Of a DNA stretch of 64,000 bases, positions 46,101 to 54,076 are shown piece after piece (positions within the stretch are counted from its first letter, which is position 1; every line of letters begins with the position of its first letter). Both the position numbers and the translations under genes were made by a program. Below the pieces are notes generated by a model. The model did not search any database. It was not told where the DNA came from and was given only the letters and a program-made list of their open reading frames with translations. The stretch is from a virus, in the IMG/VR virus record IMGVR_UViG_3300044634_001013, positions 5,702-69,701 of that record; one strand, given 5' to 3'.

Positions 46101-46663
46101 GAACATATAGCGGAGACACTTTATCCAAGGGTTGGTTAATAAATGCAGCAACAATAGAGTCTACTGGAGCTGAAACAACCACTGGTAAAGTCATATTAGA
46201 TGGTGAAAATGGTTCAATTTCTGGAGGTAAAATTAGTGGAACAAAAGTTTTAGGTTCTGCTTTTTATATTGGCTCATCAGAATCAGCTACTGATTATATT
46301 AAATCAGACCAGTCGTTTAGTTTGGGAGGCGGTAAATTAACTGGAAACGCTTCTTCTGTAACAATTGCTGGAGCAAATTTAATTTTATCTGGAGCATCTG
46401 GAGGAGATGATGGAACTGCTGGAGATCCAACAGTAGTAAGAATATTAAACTCCTTGCCAGATGGAACTCCAGCTGGTAAAATAGTTACTGGACGTGCAAT
46501 TTGGTATGGCGGTAATAATACCCCAACAAGCTCAATAACATCTAGATATGCCTTCAACGTTACATTCGGTGGCTCACAAGGATATGTTAATGGTCAGCCA
46601 ATATACACATCTTCAAACCCTGGAAACTTTTCTAGTGGTGACTTATACATGACGATAGTGTGA
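43187..46663 (+). CDS. Central tail fibre/host-specificity protein with FN3 domains and beta-helical repeats
   Basis: D.TPP/DVNAPDAP, LAWNAVSD..LRGYRIR, GLAVGATYEVAIASYD; G.IGGWTI repeats; C-terminal PGNFSSGDLY motif. Confidence 0.78.
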   Translation: MAYDDYEDKSFKIDDNYFKVIIPDLDPGKDIPVQFRWQYSDNKYGDWSVAKILSVPQISRPEVENVVAVWDGTTLKITWDKTSQLANSYQIYLTNGGTTMSWTKGIDKNQTSQSWTLSEADNIANFNNVFRTSFTGFLKTTYIDNTTTGVAFTTPTFLDGLTGASISDASWSITSVDDGSIVAWDKIENAFYLETEVWKSDTQNGTYVGAGGATNAPVKVKHISDVWIKIRHRTKGNTYTAYSNSKQASRYDPLFEDVTPPNAATVNSVVWSGSDIIINYTMPASDPPVRFKTTLTNGLYSGTFYDFASAPTGTFNLTITDARIYQQIGQRFSSYSGLLESIDGAGNSATGVSFTVPVRSNPGAGITPTFTLTGITNGYAATWSAPSWVEYTRVYEGTSSGFTPNDSTNLVYSGPSPAIVKTVGRTDPFGRKYIKIRYFGSFGGDQSEFFSAEQFVDPIDALTADVNAPDAPSSGLTASTGIDTTGTMGFNGFINLAWNAVSDTTLRGYRIRFRPYKSSAPFENYSYVDSPGTGTSYRLAGLAVGATYEVAIASYDEYNNTSSAYSSYSNQTISGTPAMSNFITAGAAGFQFGSGIKDKTGTENASAQGLYLSNSNYWYLTAANTAQFKIGGDSNNYVEWTGALLKIDGDLGVAGGTTIGGNISMKNSGASIYAGTLSGAGALNSDGFILNYGGLAARKTFTVDGQSVTKEVRLQTGDGIYADYGQIAGWTIDTDRIERGTGGVGNLYAGLSSTGTYSFWAGSTGSKGNSSAKFLVTPGGQVTSRAMTIIADGGNPTGKIIDAGPFFVQNDGYMEASGAKITGEINASTGKISGKVTIGSVGEPNGYLQVLAGNGFLEVGYGLTKSGNAYYGIQAGSISGSTRTNKFEVNALTGEMTAVGGGNIGGWTIGTTELSAGTGASYVAVSAGGTDAFWAGNATAASAPFRVTSAGVLTATGATIRGTLRASGGGFGTYSGDTLSKGWLINAATIESTGAETTTGKVILDGENGSISGGKISGTKVLGSAFYIGSSESATDYIKSDQSFSLGGGKLTGNASSVTIAGANLILSGASGGDDGTAGDPTVVRILNSLPDGTPAGKIVTGRAIWYGGNNTPTSSITSRYAFNVTFGGSQGYVNGQPIYTSSNPGNFSSGDLYMTIV

Positions 46664-46667
46664 CATA

Positions 46668-49600
46668 ATGCCATTCTTTAGGTTTGATAGCGACGGCTAT
46701 GATAATAGCGGAACTCCTGAATGGAAAGAAATAAGTAATTTCTACAGATGGACTGGATCCACATGGCAAAAAATAAAAAAAATATATAGATACAATGCAA
46801 ATCTAGCTGCTAAATGGGCCTTAGTATATGAAGGCACAGATACCCCACAGCCCAAAATTCCATTTTCAAAACTTTATGTAGACGATGCCTTTGAGTCACA
46901 GACAGAATATTTTAGTGGAGACATAGTAAAGTTAACAAGAGGTGACTGGACTCAAAAGCCAACATCATATAGATTAAGAATTCAATATAGTCAAACTGGT
47001 AACAGCGGATACGTAACGGTTGATGGCGGAGACAAAATATTAAATACAACATCTTCACCAACAGCAGCTAATAGTAATAGCAACTCATTCATTTCTTACA
47101 GACTATCTGCAGCCGATGCAGTGTATCCTTCTTATTATTTTAAAGGATTAGTTCAAGCTACAAATGCCGACGGGACTACGCCACTTGAAACAGCAGCCAT
47201 ACTGTCAAAGTTGAGACTTGTATTAAATACCCCAACGATAAGCAATCCACTATCAACTGGAAATAGAATTAATTGGACTGGTTATATTCAAGGCAATACA
47301 ACTGAGGGTCAGATAAATATATCTGATGATTCGTTTATTTGGTCGCAAAAGGTTGAGATACGAGATAAGACAGTTGGATCTGCAACTAATGGTCAAATTG
47401 TTGCTGGGCCATATACAGTTGCCGCTGGAACTAGATTTTATGACCTTGTTTTTGCAACTGCTGGGTTAACTCCTGGTAACAAATATGATGCAAGAGTAAC
47501 TGTAGTGGCATATGATAGTTGGTATACAACTGCAACTCCTACTCAAAAAATTGTTTTCAGTCCAGAATTTGAGGTTAGCGCAAGGCCATCTGGAACACCA
47601 GGATCTGCTTCGTTCGCTAGAGATAGCTCCACTAGTTATGTTTATTCTGTAACTTCGAATGGAACTTGGACTAACTCTCCTACATCATATAGATATCAAT
47701 GGTACACATATGAAGATGGTACTTATTTCCCAATTAGCGGAGCAACATCTTCATCTTTTAATGCAGTAAATTATAAACTATTTAATATTGTTCCAGTTAT
47801 ATGGGCATCTAACTCCTTTGGAGAAAGTAATTTAGGATACTCTCTATTTAGAGATGCAGGAACAGAAGTGGCATCTTCACTTGGATCAATTGCAGGCGGA
47901 GCAGCAAAGCTTGTTCAGTATAAAGCTCCCGTCATATCTTCATTTACAATTACTCCTGGAAATAATCAAATAACCTATTCTTATGCTTATACAAATGATG
48001 ACCCTACAGTAACAGCATCTATTTCTGTCAGCCCAACAGCAACTGGATTCCCGTTTGTACCAGCTGCCAGCGGAAGTACAAAGACCATATCGTCTGGAAC
48101 ATACACATTTACTTTAACTGTAACAAATAGCTCCATAAATGGAGGATCGTTTGCCTCAACTGCAACAGATACAAAAACTGTTGGACAGGCACCAATTAAT
48201 ACAGTGGCGCCCACAATTAGTGGTTCAACAAGAACATTTAGCGTGTCAAGTAATGGAACATGGAATCCAGATGACTCTGATGGAGTTTATGAATATCAGT
48301 GGCGTGTAAATGAGGGTGGATCTATTGGATACATTAATTTGGGTGCAAGTAATACAACTGGCGGAAGTACAAGCTCATCTGTAACATTATCAACATCTGC
48401 TTATGATGGTGTTGGCATATTGTGTAGAGTAACAGCAACAAACACATTCGGCTCAACTTCAGCAGATAGCCAAAGCTTAACAATAAGTGCTCCCACATTT
48501 ACATACTATAAGGGAAGATCTGTTTGTGATGTTAATAATACTGGATGTTATGCAACAAACCTATCACCTTATTATACTGGCGACAGTGCAGAATATACAG
48601 AGGCAAATGTGCCCGCAGATAGCACAACTGGTCCAGTAGGTGCTAGAGAAAAAATTGTATGGAGAAAAACAACAGCTGAAGCAATTACAGCAGCTGCCCA
48701 ATCTTCTTGTGTTACATGTACTACCACAACAACGACAACCACAACATCACCGCCAAGCGCTACTTACTATCAAGGTAGTTCCACCTGTAATGCAAATGAT
48801 GGATGCTATCAAGTTGCACCTTATTACACTGGAACAACGGCAACATATACATCTTTAACAGTTCCTGCAGATAGTATAACTGGTCCAACAAATGGAAGAG
48901 TTAAAACAGTCTGGAGGCTAAGTAGCGCAGATGCAATTACTGCAGCAGCGCAAGCTTCCTGCGTAGTTTGTACTACTACTACTACGACTACAACAACTGC
49001 CGCTCCAAGCGCTACTTATTATCAGGGTAGTTCAACTTGTGATCCACAAAACACTGGATGCTATCTGACCGCACCATACTATACTGGAACAACTGCAACA
49101 TATACAGCACTAACTGTTCCAGCTGATAGTACAACTGGAGCTACAAATAATAGAGTGAAGGTAGTATGGAGGTTGTCACAAGCAGACGCCGTGGCAGCCG
49201 CAGCCCAAGCTTCTTGCGTAGTATGTACTACAACTACCACTACTACGACTACAACAACTGCCGCTCCAAGCGCTACTTATTATCAGGGATCTTCAACATG
49301 TAATGTTAGTAGTGGATGCTATTCTGTACTACCATACTATACTGGAACAACTGCAACATATACAGCAGCAACAGTTCCAGCAGACAGTGTAAGTGGTCCT
49401 ACAAATGCAAGAGTTAGAGTTGTTTGGAGGCTCACATCTTCAGAAGCAGCATCAGCCGCCGCAAATGCTTCTTGTGTTTCTTGCACAACTGCCGCAACAA
49501 CTGCCGCTACAACTGCTGCTACAACTGCCGCTACAACTGCCGCAACAACTGCCGCTACAACTGCTGCTACAACTGCTGGAACTACAACAACTACAACTGC

Positions 49601-49790
49601 AGCAACTACAACAACTACAACTGCTGCAACCACAACAACCACAACTGCAGCAACTACAACAACAGCTGCTCCATGCCCAACATTAAGTGCAACTAGATTA
49701 TGTACTTCTGCCAACATACTAGCCAACTGTTGTCGTTTCCCAGGAAACCCAAATTGCGGTGGAAGCGGAAGCACATCAACAAATTGTTAG
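46668..49790 (+). CDS. Tail-tip adhesin-like protein: Ig-like domains, four Cys repeats, mucin-like Thr tract, Cys-rich tail
   Basis: Three N-terminal aromatic hairpin motifs; NGTW..SPTSYRYQW / APINTVAPTISG...CRVTATN Ig-like domains; repeats; (TTAA)n; terminal six-Cys segment. Confidence 0.75.
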   Translation: MPFFRFDSDGYDNSGTPEWKEISNFYRWTGSTWQKIKKIYRYNANLAAKWALVYEGTDTPQPKIPFSKLYVDDAFESQTEYFSGDIVKLTRGDWTQKPTSYRLRIQYSQTGNSGYVTVDGGDKILNTTSSPTAANSNSNSFISYRLSAADAVYPSYYFKGLVQATNADGTTPLETAAILSKLRLVLNTPTISNPLSTGNRINWTGYIQGNTTEGQINISDDSFIWSQKVEIRDKTVGSATNGQIVAGPYTVAAGTRFYDLVFATAGLTPGNKYDARVTVVAYDSWYTTATPTQKIVFSPEFEVSARPSGTPGSASFARDSSTSYVYSVTSNGTWTNSPTSYRYQWYTYEDGTYFPISGATSSSFNAVNYKLFNIVPVIWASNSFGESNLGYSLFRDAGTEVASSLGSIAGGAAKLVQYKAPVISSFTITPGNNQITYSYAYTNDDPTVTASISVSPTATGFPFVPAASGSTKTISSGTYTFTLTVTNSSINGGSFASTATDTKTVGQAPINTVAPTISGSTRTFSVSSNGTWNPDDSDGVYEYQWRVNEGGSIGYINLGASNTTGGSTSSSVTLSTSAYDGVGILCRVTATNTFGSTSADSQSLTISAPTFTYYKGRSVCDVNNTGCYATNLSPYYTGDSAEYTEANVPADSTTGPVGAREKIVWRKTTAEAITAAAQSSCVTCTTTTTTTTTSPPSATYYQGSSTCNANDGCYQVAPYYTGTTATYTSLTVPADSITGPTNGRVKTVWRLSSADAITAAAQASCVVCTTTTTTTTTAAPSATYYQGSSTCDPQNTGCYLTAPYYTGTTATYTALTVPADSTTGATNNRVKVVWRLSQADAVAAAAQASCVVCTTTTTTTTTTTAAPSATYYQGSSTCNVSSGCYSVLPYYTGTTATYTAATVPADSVSGPTNARVRVVWRLTSSEAASAAANASCVSCTTAATTAATTAATTAATTAATTAATTAATTAGTTTTTTAATTTTTTAATTTTTTAATTTTAAPCPTLSATRLCTSANILANCCRFPGNPNCGGSGSTSTNC
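48492..49484 (+). repeat. Four ~84-87-aa tandem repeats (PSATYYQGSSTC...GCY...PYYTG...VPADS..G...R...VWR...CVxC) joined by poly-Thr linkers
   Basis: Units start at 48492, 48753, 49005 and 49266; 50-bp perfect direct repeat at 48978-49027 and 49239-49288. Confidence 0.9.
49485..49670 (+). repeat. 12-bp ACAACTGCYGCW repeat x8 (TTAA) followed by T6AA units
   Basis: acaactgccgca acaactgccgct acaactgctgct ... to 49580, then Thr-run/Ala-Ala units. Confidence 0.9.
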
Positions 49791-49792
49791 TA

Positions 49793-49821
49793 TTGACACC
49801 CACTAGTAGAAATGGTATCAT
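49793..49821 (+). promoter_or_regulatory. Strong promoter TTGACA-17-TATCAT with TG extension; leaderless; drives the modification operon
   Basis: Consensus -35, 17-bp spacer, ATG 6 nt after the -10, no SD. Confidence 0.8.
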
Positions 49822-49827
49822 TTAAAT

Positions 49828-50277
49828 ATGATAACGGATGAAGACTTTTATTATTTTCCTAATAAGGATCCAGACAGGCCAGCTATAGCTATAGCCTTTG
49901 GAATAAATGGTAAGGTTATATTAGATCTTCCAACTTATGTTGATTTCTATGATCTATTAATGGATGCTGATGAGGTTATAGGTAATAATGACGACTATAG
50001 TAATATTAGTTTAGTTAAAAATGGTAACCTATTGGCAAATATTCAGACATCGTCTTTTCTCGGCAGCCTTATTGCAAGTAGCCCAGACATATTAGAGATA
50101 TATAGGCCACCAAATTTTGATCAATTACAGAAGAATCAGTCTGTTTCTTCTGGATGGCTATACGATGAAAACGGTGAATTTAGGTTACCTTATGAAGGAT
50201 GGGACACTGAAATGATTGATGGAATATATAATGTTGACCGTGAGCCACGCTATTTAGATTACTACACAGGAGAATAA
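49828..50277 (+). CDS. Hypothetical acidic protein (possible fibre chaperone)
   Basis: First gene of the operon; V.SGWLYDENGEF motif resembles small fibre-associated proteins. Confidence 0.6.
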   Translation: MITDEDFYYFPNKDPDRPAIAIAFGINGKVILDLPTYVDFYDLLMDADEVIGNNDDYSNISLVKNGNLLANIQTSSFLGSLIASSPDILEIYRPPNFDQLQKNQSVSSGWLYDENGEFRLPYEGWDTEMIDGIYNVDREPRYLDYYTGE

Positions 50278-50553
50278 ATGGGCAAAACACCTTTCGATAC
50301 CTGGAAAGAAAATAATCCAGACAAGACAATTATTCTTCAAAGAGAGCAAGAAAAAAATAAAAAGGTTAGGCCGTGGGACCTATTAGATCCGAGCAAACCA
50401 AGAGCTGAAAATGAATTGGCAGAGTTAAGATATTCAATATGTCTTGAGTGCCCGTCCTTGATAAAATTATCTAAGCAATGTAGAAAGTGTGGTTGTTTTA
50501 TGGATGCAAAAACTAAACTTCTAGGAGCTAGTTGTCCGATTGGTAAGTGGTAA
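50278..50553 (+). CDS. Small Cys-rich metal-binding protein (DUF6171-like)
   Basis: RYSICLECP......QCRKCGCFMDAKTKL..ASCPIGKW. Confidence 0.75.
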   Translation: MGKTPFDTWKENNPDKTIILQREQEKNKKVRPWDLLDPSKPRAENELAELRYSICLECPSLIKLSKQCRKCGCFMDAKTKLLGASCPIGKW

Positions 50554-51557
50554 TGTCATACTTTTATAAAATAGCTATGGCTCAAATTGATCCAAATGGA
50601 TTATGTAATTCTGGATGCTGGTTTTGCCCAGTGGCATATAGCCCAAACCCAGAATTTGCAAAAAAAAATATGCCTGTCGAACAACTTGAAAGTATAGTTA
50701 AGCAGCTACACGAAGGTAAAGGCACGTTTGTCTCAGACAATTTTAGTTTTATTTATACAGCGCATTATAATGAAGTCCTTCTCTATAAACATTTTAAAGA
50801 GATGCTTGACATATTTAGAAAATATAATTTTCAAACTATGGTTTTGACAAATGGTGTTCCTCTAACAAAAGAGCGAACAGATATAATTAAAGAATATCAA
50901 GATGTTGTATATGGAATTTGTTTTAATATTCCTTCGTCTGATGCAGAACTATGGGGTAAATATACAAACATGAACCCAAAGATTTTTGAAAAAGTAAAAG
51001 CTAATATTGCATATGCTATAGAACAATTGCCAGAAATGCATAAAAATAAAACAATGTCTATTCAGGTAAACGGAGTTAATCAGGCTTCTTTAATTGAAAA
51101 CGGTGGCTGGATTAAAATGATGGAAAATGCTCCAGAAATTGATTTAGATGTAGTTGAAGGGGATCTAGCTAAACAGGTTAAGGGCTTTAAAGAACTTTTT
51201 CCTGGATTACAGGTTTACGAAATGGCTAGCTTAATTGATAGAGCTGGGCATCTAGACAAGCATAATGTAATAACAAATATTCACGCTATAGAAAAATATT
51301 CTAAAATTGATGATAATAAAAGAGTAGTAAAGTGTGGAAATGGTAGAGAGACTGGCGGAAGACCAAACGGTTGGATTCATGTTAATGCTAACGGTGATCT
51401 TTTTATATGCTGTAATGACTATGACTTTGAAACCATATTCGGTAACATAAATGAAAAGCCTATAAAGGATATATGGATGAGCCTTGACCATAAGCTAGCT
51501 ATTGCAAAAGCATATAAAACTTTATGTACGACATGCTCGGCAGCGATCTGGGCCTAA
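50553..51557 (+). CDS. Radical SAM enzyme with SPASM/twitch domain
   Basis: CNSGCWFC (Cx3Cx2C), LTNG, DRAG, and C-terminal C...IHVNANGDLFICCNDY...FGNI...IW...CTTC; ATG in TAATG overlap. Confidence 0.9.
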   Translation: MSYFYKIAMAQIDPNGLCNSGCWFCPVAYSPNPEFAKKNMPVEQLESIVKQLHEGKGTFVSDNFSFIYTAHYNEVLLYKHFKEMLDIFRKYNFQTMVLTNGVPLTKERTDIIKEYQDVVYGICFNIPSSDAELWGKYTNMNPKIFEKVKANIAYAIEQLPEMHKNKTMSIQVNGVNQASLIENGGWIKMMENAPEIDLDVVEGDLAKQVKGFKELFPGLQVYEMASLIDRAGHLDKHNVITNIHAIEKYSKIDDNKRVVKCGNGRETGGRPNGWIHVNANGDLFICCNDYDFETIFGNINEKPIKDIWMSLDHKLAIAKAYKTLCTTCSAAIWA

Positions 51558-52457
51558 ATGACTAGTATATTTATACAGATAGCATCCTATCACGATTTTG
51601 AGCTACCAAGAACTATTCAAGATGCTATAAATAAAAGCTCAGGTGAAAATCAAATAAATTTTGGGATACATCATTGTTATATAAATAAAGATGAGATAAA
51701 CCTGCCAAATTTAAGTAATGTTAAGTATTTTAAATCTAAGTCCCCAGAAAATATTGGCTTAGGAATTAGCAGGTTGCTGGCTCATAATTTTTATGACGGA
51801 GAAGACTATTACTATCAAGTAGATGCCCACTCAAGATTCGTAAAAGACTGGGATAAAAAATTAATTAGAGATGTAAGAAACTACCAGGCATTTGGAATAG
51901 AAAAGCCAGTTATCACAGCCTATCCAATGGTGTATAGTTATTCTAATAAAGAACTTAAGCTTTATCCTGGCGGTGGAGTTACAGAAATATCTTTTCATGA
52001 GAATGTTCAGCAGTTTAAGGCTTCAAGGATACCGTCACAAACTGCGATTGCAAACAGAGAAAATAATATATTTACTAAATCTGTTTCTGGTGGAAATATA
52101 TTTACAGTTGGAGGATTTATAGAGCCAAACCCAGATATTGCTTTTTATGGAGAAGAAATATTTATTGCTGCCAGAGCATTTACAAATGGATTTGATTTAA
52201 TGGTTCCATCAGAAGAAACACTTTACCACCTATATTATTCCGACGACCTTGACCCATCAAATCATAGAAGATTAATATGGAAAGACTATCCAGATCAATT
52301 TAATATAATGGATGAAAAATCTAAAAATATAATTTATAATACTCTTTCTCAGGGTTTGGTCGGAGACCTGCTTTTGGGAAGCGAAAGAACAATACAGGAG
52401 TATTCAGATTTTACTGGGTTAAATTTTGAAACAGGAGAAGTTACAGTAGATGATTAA
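51558..52457 (+). CDS. GT60-like glycosyltransferase (Skp1/mucin alpha-GlcNAc transferase type)
   Basis: IFIQIASYHD.E...T, YDGEDYYYQVDAHSRF...WD..LI (DxH), VITAYP, F.GEE....RAFTNGFD...P.....HLY. Confidence 0.82.
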   Translation: MTSIFIQIASYHDFELPRTIQDAINKSSGENQINFGIHHCYINKDEINLPNLSNVKYFKSKSPENIGLGISRLLAHNFYDGEDYYYQVDAHSRFVKDWDKKLIRDVRNYQAFGIEKPVITAYPMVYSYSNKELKLYPGGGVTEISFHENVQQFKASRIPSQTAIANRENNIFTKSVSGGNIFTVGGFIEPNPDIAFYGEEIFIAARAFTNGFDLMVPSEETLYHLYYSDDLDPSNHRRLIWKDYPDQFNIMDEKSKNIIYNTLSQGLVGDLLLGSERTIQEYSDFTGLNFETGEVTVDD

Positions 52458-53277
52458 CCTTTTGGTCACTGGATCATCTGGATATATCGGGTCTGCTACA
52501 GTAGAGTATCTAAGTCATTCAGAATTTAATGTTTTTGAAATAGATATTGATGGTGAGTTTAATCTGTTAGACTTTAATCAGCTTAAATCTTTTTTTTATA
52601 AAAACAATATAGAAATAGTTTTACATCTGGCTGCCTTTAAAAGTATTCCAGATTCAAAAAACAACCCAATAAAATACCTGCACAACAATGTATCTTCCTC
52701 ATTAAATTTAATTGCAGTGTGTGAAGATCTAGACATACCAATTTTAAATGCTTCAAGTGCTTCTGTTTACAATGACACAAACCCTTATTCACAGAGTAAG
52801 ATTCTGGTAGAAAAGTTTTTAGATCAGAGCAGATTGAGATATATAAATCTAAGATATTTTAATATTGGTGGCCTGATGGAAAAGCCAAATAGTAGGCAGG
52901 TGTCCAATATTTTTGACATCATAAGAGCTAAGTATTTAAATAATGAAGAGTTTATTGTTAATGCTGCAGACTCTATAAGAAACTATACTCATGTAAAGGA
53001 TATTGCTAGATTTAATGTTAAGTGTCTAAGAGATTTACTTAAAAACAACTGTAGGAAAACTATGGATGTTTATACCAATAACTCCGCCTCAGTTGAGGAT
53101 CTTTTGGCCATATATGAGTCTAAAGGGGTTTCTTTAAGGTACGCCTTGGACCACACACAAAAGCCACAGGAGCCTGTTCTGCCAAAAGGGGAGGGCCTTA
53201 TAGTAGATTCACTTAGCCTAGATGATATAATAGAATCAGAAATTAAGTACGGAATAAGACTAGATAATAGAATATAA
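52450..53277 (+). CDS. NAD-dependent nucleotide-sugar epimerase (GalE-like extended SDR)
   Basis: LVTGSSGYIG, HLAA.KS...S..NP.KY..NNV, SSASVY, YSQSK (YxxxK), LRYFN..G. Confidence 0.85.
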   Translation: MINLLVTGSSGYIGSATVEYLSHSEFNVFEIDIDGEFNLLDFNQLKSFFYKNNIEIVLHLAAFKSIPDSKNNPIKYLHNNVSSSLNLIAVCEDLDIPILNASSASVYNDTNPYSQSKILVEKFLDQSRLRYINLRYFNIGGLMEKPNSRQVSNIFDIIRAKYLNNEEFIVNAADSIRNYTHVKDIARFNVKCLRDLLKNNCRKTMDVYTNNSASVEDLLAIYESKGVSLRYALDHTQKPQEPVLPKGEGLIVDSLSLDDIIESEIKYGIRLDNRI

Positions 53278-53289
53278 AAATGCTATAAT
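53261..53289 (+). promoter_or_regulatory. Promoter TAGATA-17-TATAAT with TG extension
   Basis: TGcTATAAT at 53281-53289, upstream of AAAGGAGG SD. Confidence 0.7.
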
Positions 53290-53306
53290 AGTGAAAGGAG
53301 GATGAC

Positions 53307-53528
53307 ATGCCAACACAGATATTGACAGATGACGAAAAAATTATTATTATTAATCAGCACGTAAGAACTCTAGAGTATTCTCTATATAATATAGAACTAG
53401 ATATTCTAGAAGCAGAGGCTGATGATACACCAGATGCAGCGCTTATTGCTGGTAAGACAGCAGCACTTGCTGAGGTTCAGAGAAAGATCGATGCCCTAAA
53501 TGCAGAAAAGACTGCTTTAGAGGTTTAA
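53307..53528 (+). CDS. Small coiled-coil hypothetical protein
   Basis: Strong SD; helical heptad pattern. Confidence 0.7.
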   Translation: MPTQILTDDEKIIIINQHVRTLEYSLYNIELDILEAEADDTPDAALIAGKTAALAEVQRKIDALNAEKTALEV

Positions 53529-53544
53529 TAGAAAAGGATATAAC

Positions 53545-53727
53545 ATGGCAGAAAAAGCAGAGCTAATTATTACAGCCCTACAACAGCGTATTGGAGAGAT
53601 TGTTTCAAACTATGAGACTCAAGTTGCAATTTTGCGGGCAGAAATTACAAAGCTTATGGAAGAGAAAGAAGCCAAAGTTGAAGCTGTTCAAGAGTACTCA
53701 GAACATCTTAATAACATCACCAACTAA
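53545..53727 (+). CDS. Small coiled-coil hypothetical protein
   Basis: AAAGGA SD; ALQQRIGEIVSNYETQVAILRAEIT. Confidence 0.7.
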   Translation: MAEKAELIITALQQRIGEIVSNYETQVAILRAEITKLMEEKEAKVEAVQEYSEHLNNITN

Positions 53728-54076
53728 TTTTCCTTCTGGCATTGCGGTAAAAACAGACAAGTCTGTTTATTGGATTAAAGATGGAAAAAGATTTAAACTG
53801 ATTTCAGATAAAGCCTCAAGGTCTTGGGGCTTTACAACAGTTTATGCAACAGAAGATGCTTTATCAGGTATGAAGATAGCTGGTAAGCTGGGTTTCAGAG
53901 ACGGAACCTTGATTAAAAACATAGCAGATGGTAAGATGTATTTAATCTCACAAAATAAGCGTAGGCATATCGTTGATCCAGAAGTATTTAATAAGTATGG
54001 TCTAGATAGATCTATTACTTTAGAAGTCAGTGAGTCTGAAACAAATATGCACGACCTAGGAGAAAGCCTACAATGA
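53678..54076 (+). CDS. Hypothetical protein with two Y.I..GKR/NKRR.I repeats (start uncertain)
   Basis: Listed ORF 53591-54076 overlaps the upstream gene heavily; in-frame TTG at 53678 is more plausible. Confidence 0.6.
   Translation: MKLFKSTQNILITSPTNFPSGIAVKTDKSVYWIKDGKRFKLISDKASRSWGFTTVYATEDALSGMKIAGKLGFRDGTLIKNIADGKMYLISQNKRRHIVDPEVFNKYGLDRSITLEVSESETNMHDLGESLQ

Noticed and set aside
49424-49696. Alternative-frame Cys-rich ORF (CRNNCRYNCCYNC...) as a RiPP precursor for the radical SAM enzyme
   Set aside because: It is the automatic shifted reading of the 12-bp Thr-Thr-Ala-Ala repeat, has no SD or promoter, and variation falls at third positions of the Thr/Ala frame
49337-49774. Minus-strand Val/Ala-rich ORF and plus-strand Gln/Leu-rich ORF
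   Set aside because: Shadow translations of the same repeat
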